Source: Mobula hypostoma
Taxonomy: Eukaryota
DNA: 64,000 bases
Direction: 5' to 3'
Assembly: GCF_963921235.1 (NCBI RefSeq)
Contig: NC_086106.1
Coordinates: 20,460,001-20,524,000, forward strand
A model generated the notes under the pieces. That model saw only the letters and a program-made list of their open reading frames with translations, ran no database searches and had not been told where the DNA came from. Positions 63,118-64,000 of the stretch are shown piece after piece. The position numbers and the translations under genes are program-made. Position 1 is the first letter of the stretch. Every line of letters begins with the position of its first letter.

Positions 63118-63433
63118 GACTCGGTCATACCCAGCCCGAAATCTAGAAGACGCCGAGCCCCCAGCATATTTATTAAACCCACCCTCAGTGCCTGGGCGTC
63201 CCACACAGCGGGTCTGATTCTCAGCCATCCCAGTCCTGAAGTGGAGATGATATAAACAACCGGACATTTCTCTGGGCTTTAACTGACAGCTCCTCCTCTG
63301 TAGTTTCGTTCGTATTGAGTCTCATTTCTAGTGGTACATGTACCCTTTCCCAGATTATGCACTCGTGATCTGATTTATATCCATGGATGCCAGGGTAAAG
63401 GCCGGCAAAAGCGAACGAAGGGCGTGATTGGAA

Positions 63434-63548
63434 GTGTTTTGTTGTAATAGTCATAGTCATAGTCATACTTTATTGATTCTGGAGGAAATTAGTTAATAGA
63501 TATGGAGGACAACCACCTTTCACACTGAGGGACGCCATGATATAGCCG
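63434..63548 (-). other. Degenerate D1 slot (B copy 2) with 49-bp LINE-tail insertion
   Basis: gtgttttgt ... cacactg-12-atatagccg; the insert 63451-63499, carrying (tcatag)n, is flanked by taatag. Confidence 0.35.
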
Positions 63549-63944
63549 TTGTGATAAACCGATGTACGATAACCTCCGTTACTCTGACTGCCTCTCAGCA
63601 CAGTCACTCTTCAGTCAAACCGCACTAGAACACGAAAGTGTCTCTGAACATTAATGTTTCTCATAGCCCGACCACATACTGACACGTGTAGACGAAGGAC
63701 CGATGCCTGACAATGTGGATCGGTGAGCCCATTCCCACTCACGGCGCTTGGCTTCGAGCTGCCGTCCGAAGTGATCTGCTGAGCCCTTCGGCCCATCCAT
63801 CCAGCATGCTTTCTGGTGAATTCACTCTGAGAACCCGCCTTCCATTGAATGGACGAACGGATATAGCCCAGAACGACCGGGGTACTGCTGTGGCGATCAC
63901 TGATGTCCTGTCCTTCAGCAGCCTAAGGATATGCGCTCTCGTTC

Positions 63945-64000
63945 GATTTTTGTCCCGGTCCAGTTCCGGTCTCTCTCAGTGTGCCTCTCGCACAGTAATA
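63945..64000 (-). CDS. IGHV: 3' end of VH (YYCARG) with RSS23; rest beyond window
   Basis: Minus strand TATTACTGTGCGAGAGG-CACACTG-23-ACAAAAATC. Confidence 0.85.

Larger units (their letters stand above)
30391..64000. repeat. Segmental duplication super-unit, copy 2 (expanded by Gypsy, CR1 and LINE insertions; runs off window)
   Basis: Colinear with 1-25280. Copy-specific inserts at 32695-39779, 41419-43760 and 57179-57815, plus a ~1.6-kb deletion at about 44346. Confidence 0.9.

Noticed and set aside
30391-64000. Duplication as an assembly artefact or haplotype double
   Set aside because: Copies differ by several TSD-bounded insertions and locally up to about 18% substitutions, and the junction runs through a contiguous CR1.

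Overview
Eukaryotic DNA from a cartilaginous fish, probably a ray; this is inferred from the clustered IgH layout and the CR1/SINE families. The window is a TE-riddled tandem array of immunoglobulin heavy-chain (IgW-like) mini-clusters on the minus strand. Each cluster reads leader-V(RSS23) / degenerate D1 slot / D(RSS12-RSS12) / J(RSS23). Two old cluster types (A and B, ~20% diverged by eye) form a super-unit present twice: about 1-30,390 and 30,391-64,000+. Both type-A V genes (17.5-18.0 kb, 55.3-55.8 kb) have open frames and perfect consensus 23-bp RSSs, and their 12/12 D segments are identical. In contrast, every J (six copies) is crippled and no constant-region exon is recognisable. A deleted class-I-like endogenous retrovirus (tRNA-Arg PBS, 4-bp TSD, gag/pol/env relics) sits between V and D in both A clusters. 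Copy 2 also carries a full-length decayed Gypsy element (PNMA-like gag) and a young CR1. The remainder is CR1, RTE, Rex-like LINE, SINE and sushi-like LTR fragments. The most interesting hypothesis is that these are C-less, J-dead Ig V(D) donor cassettes, as described for Ig V use in shark TCR-delta. The alternative is an amplified pseudogene array.
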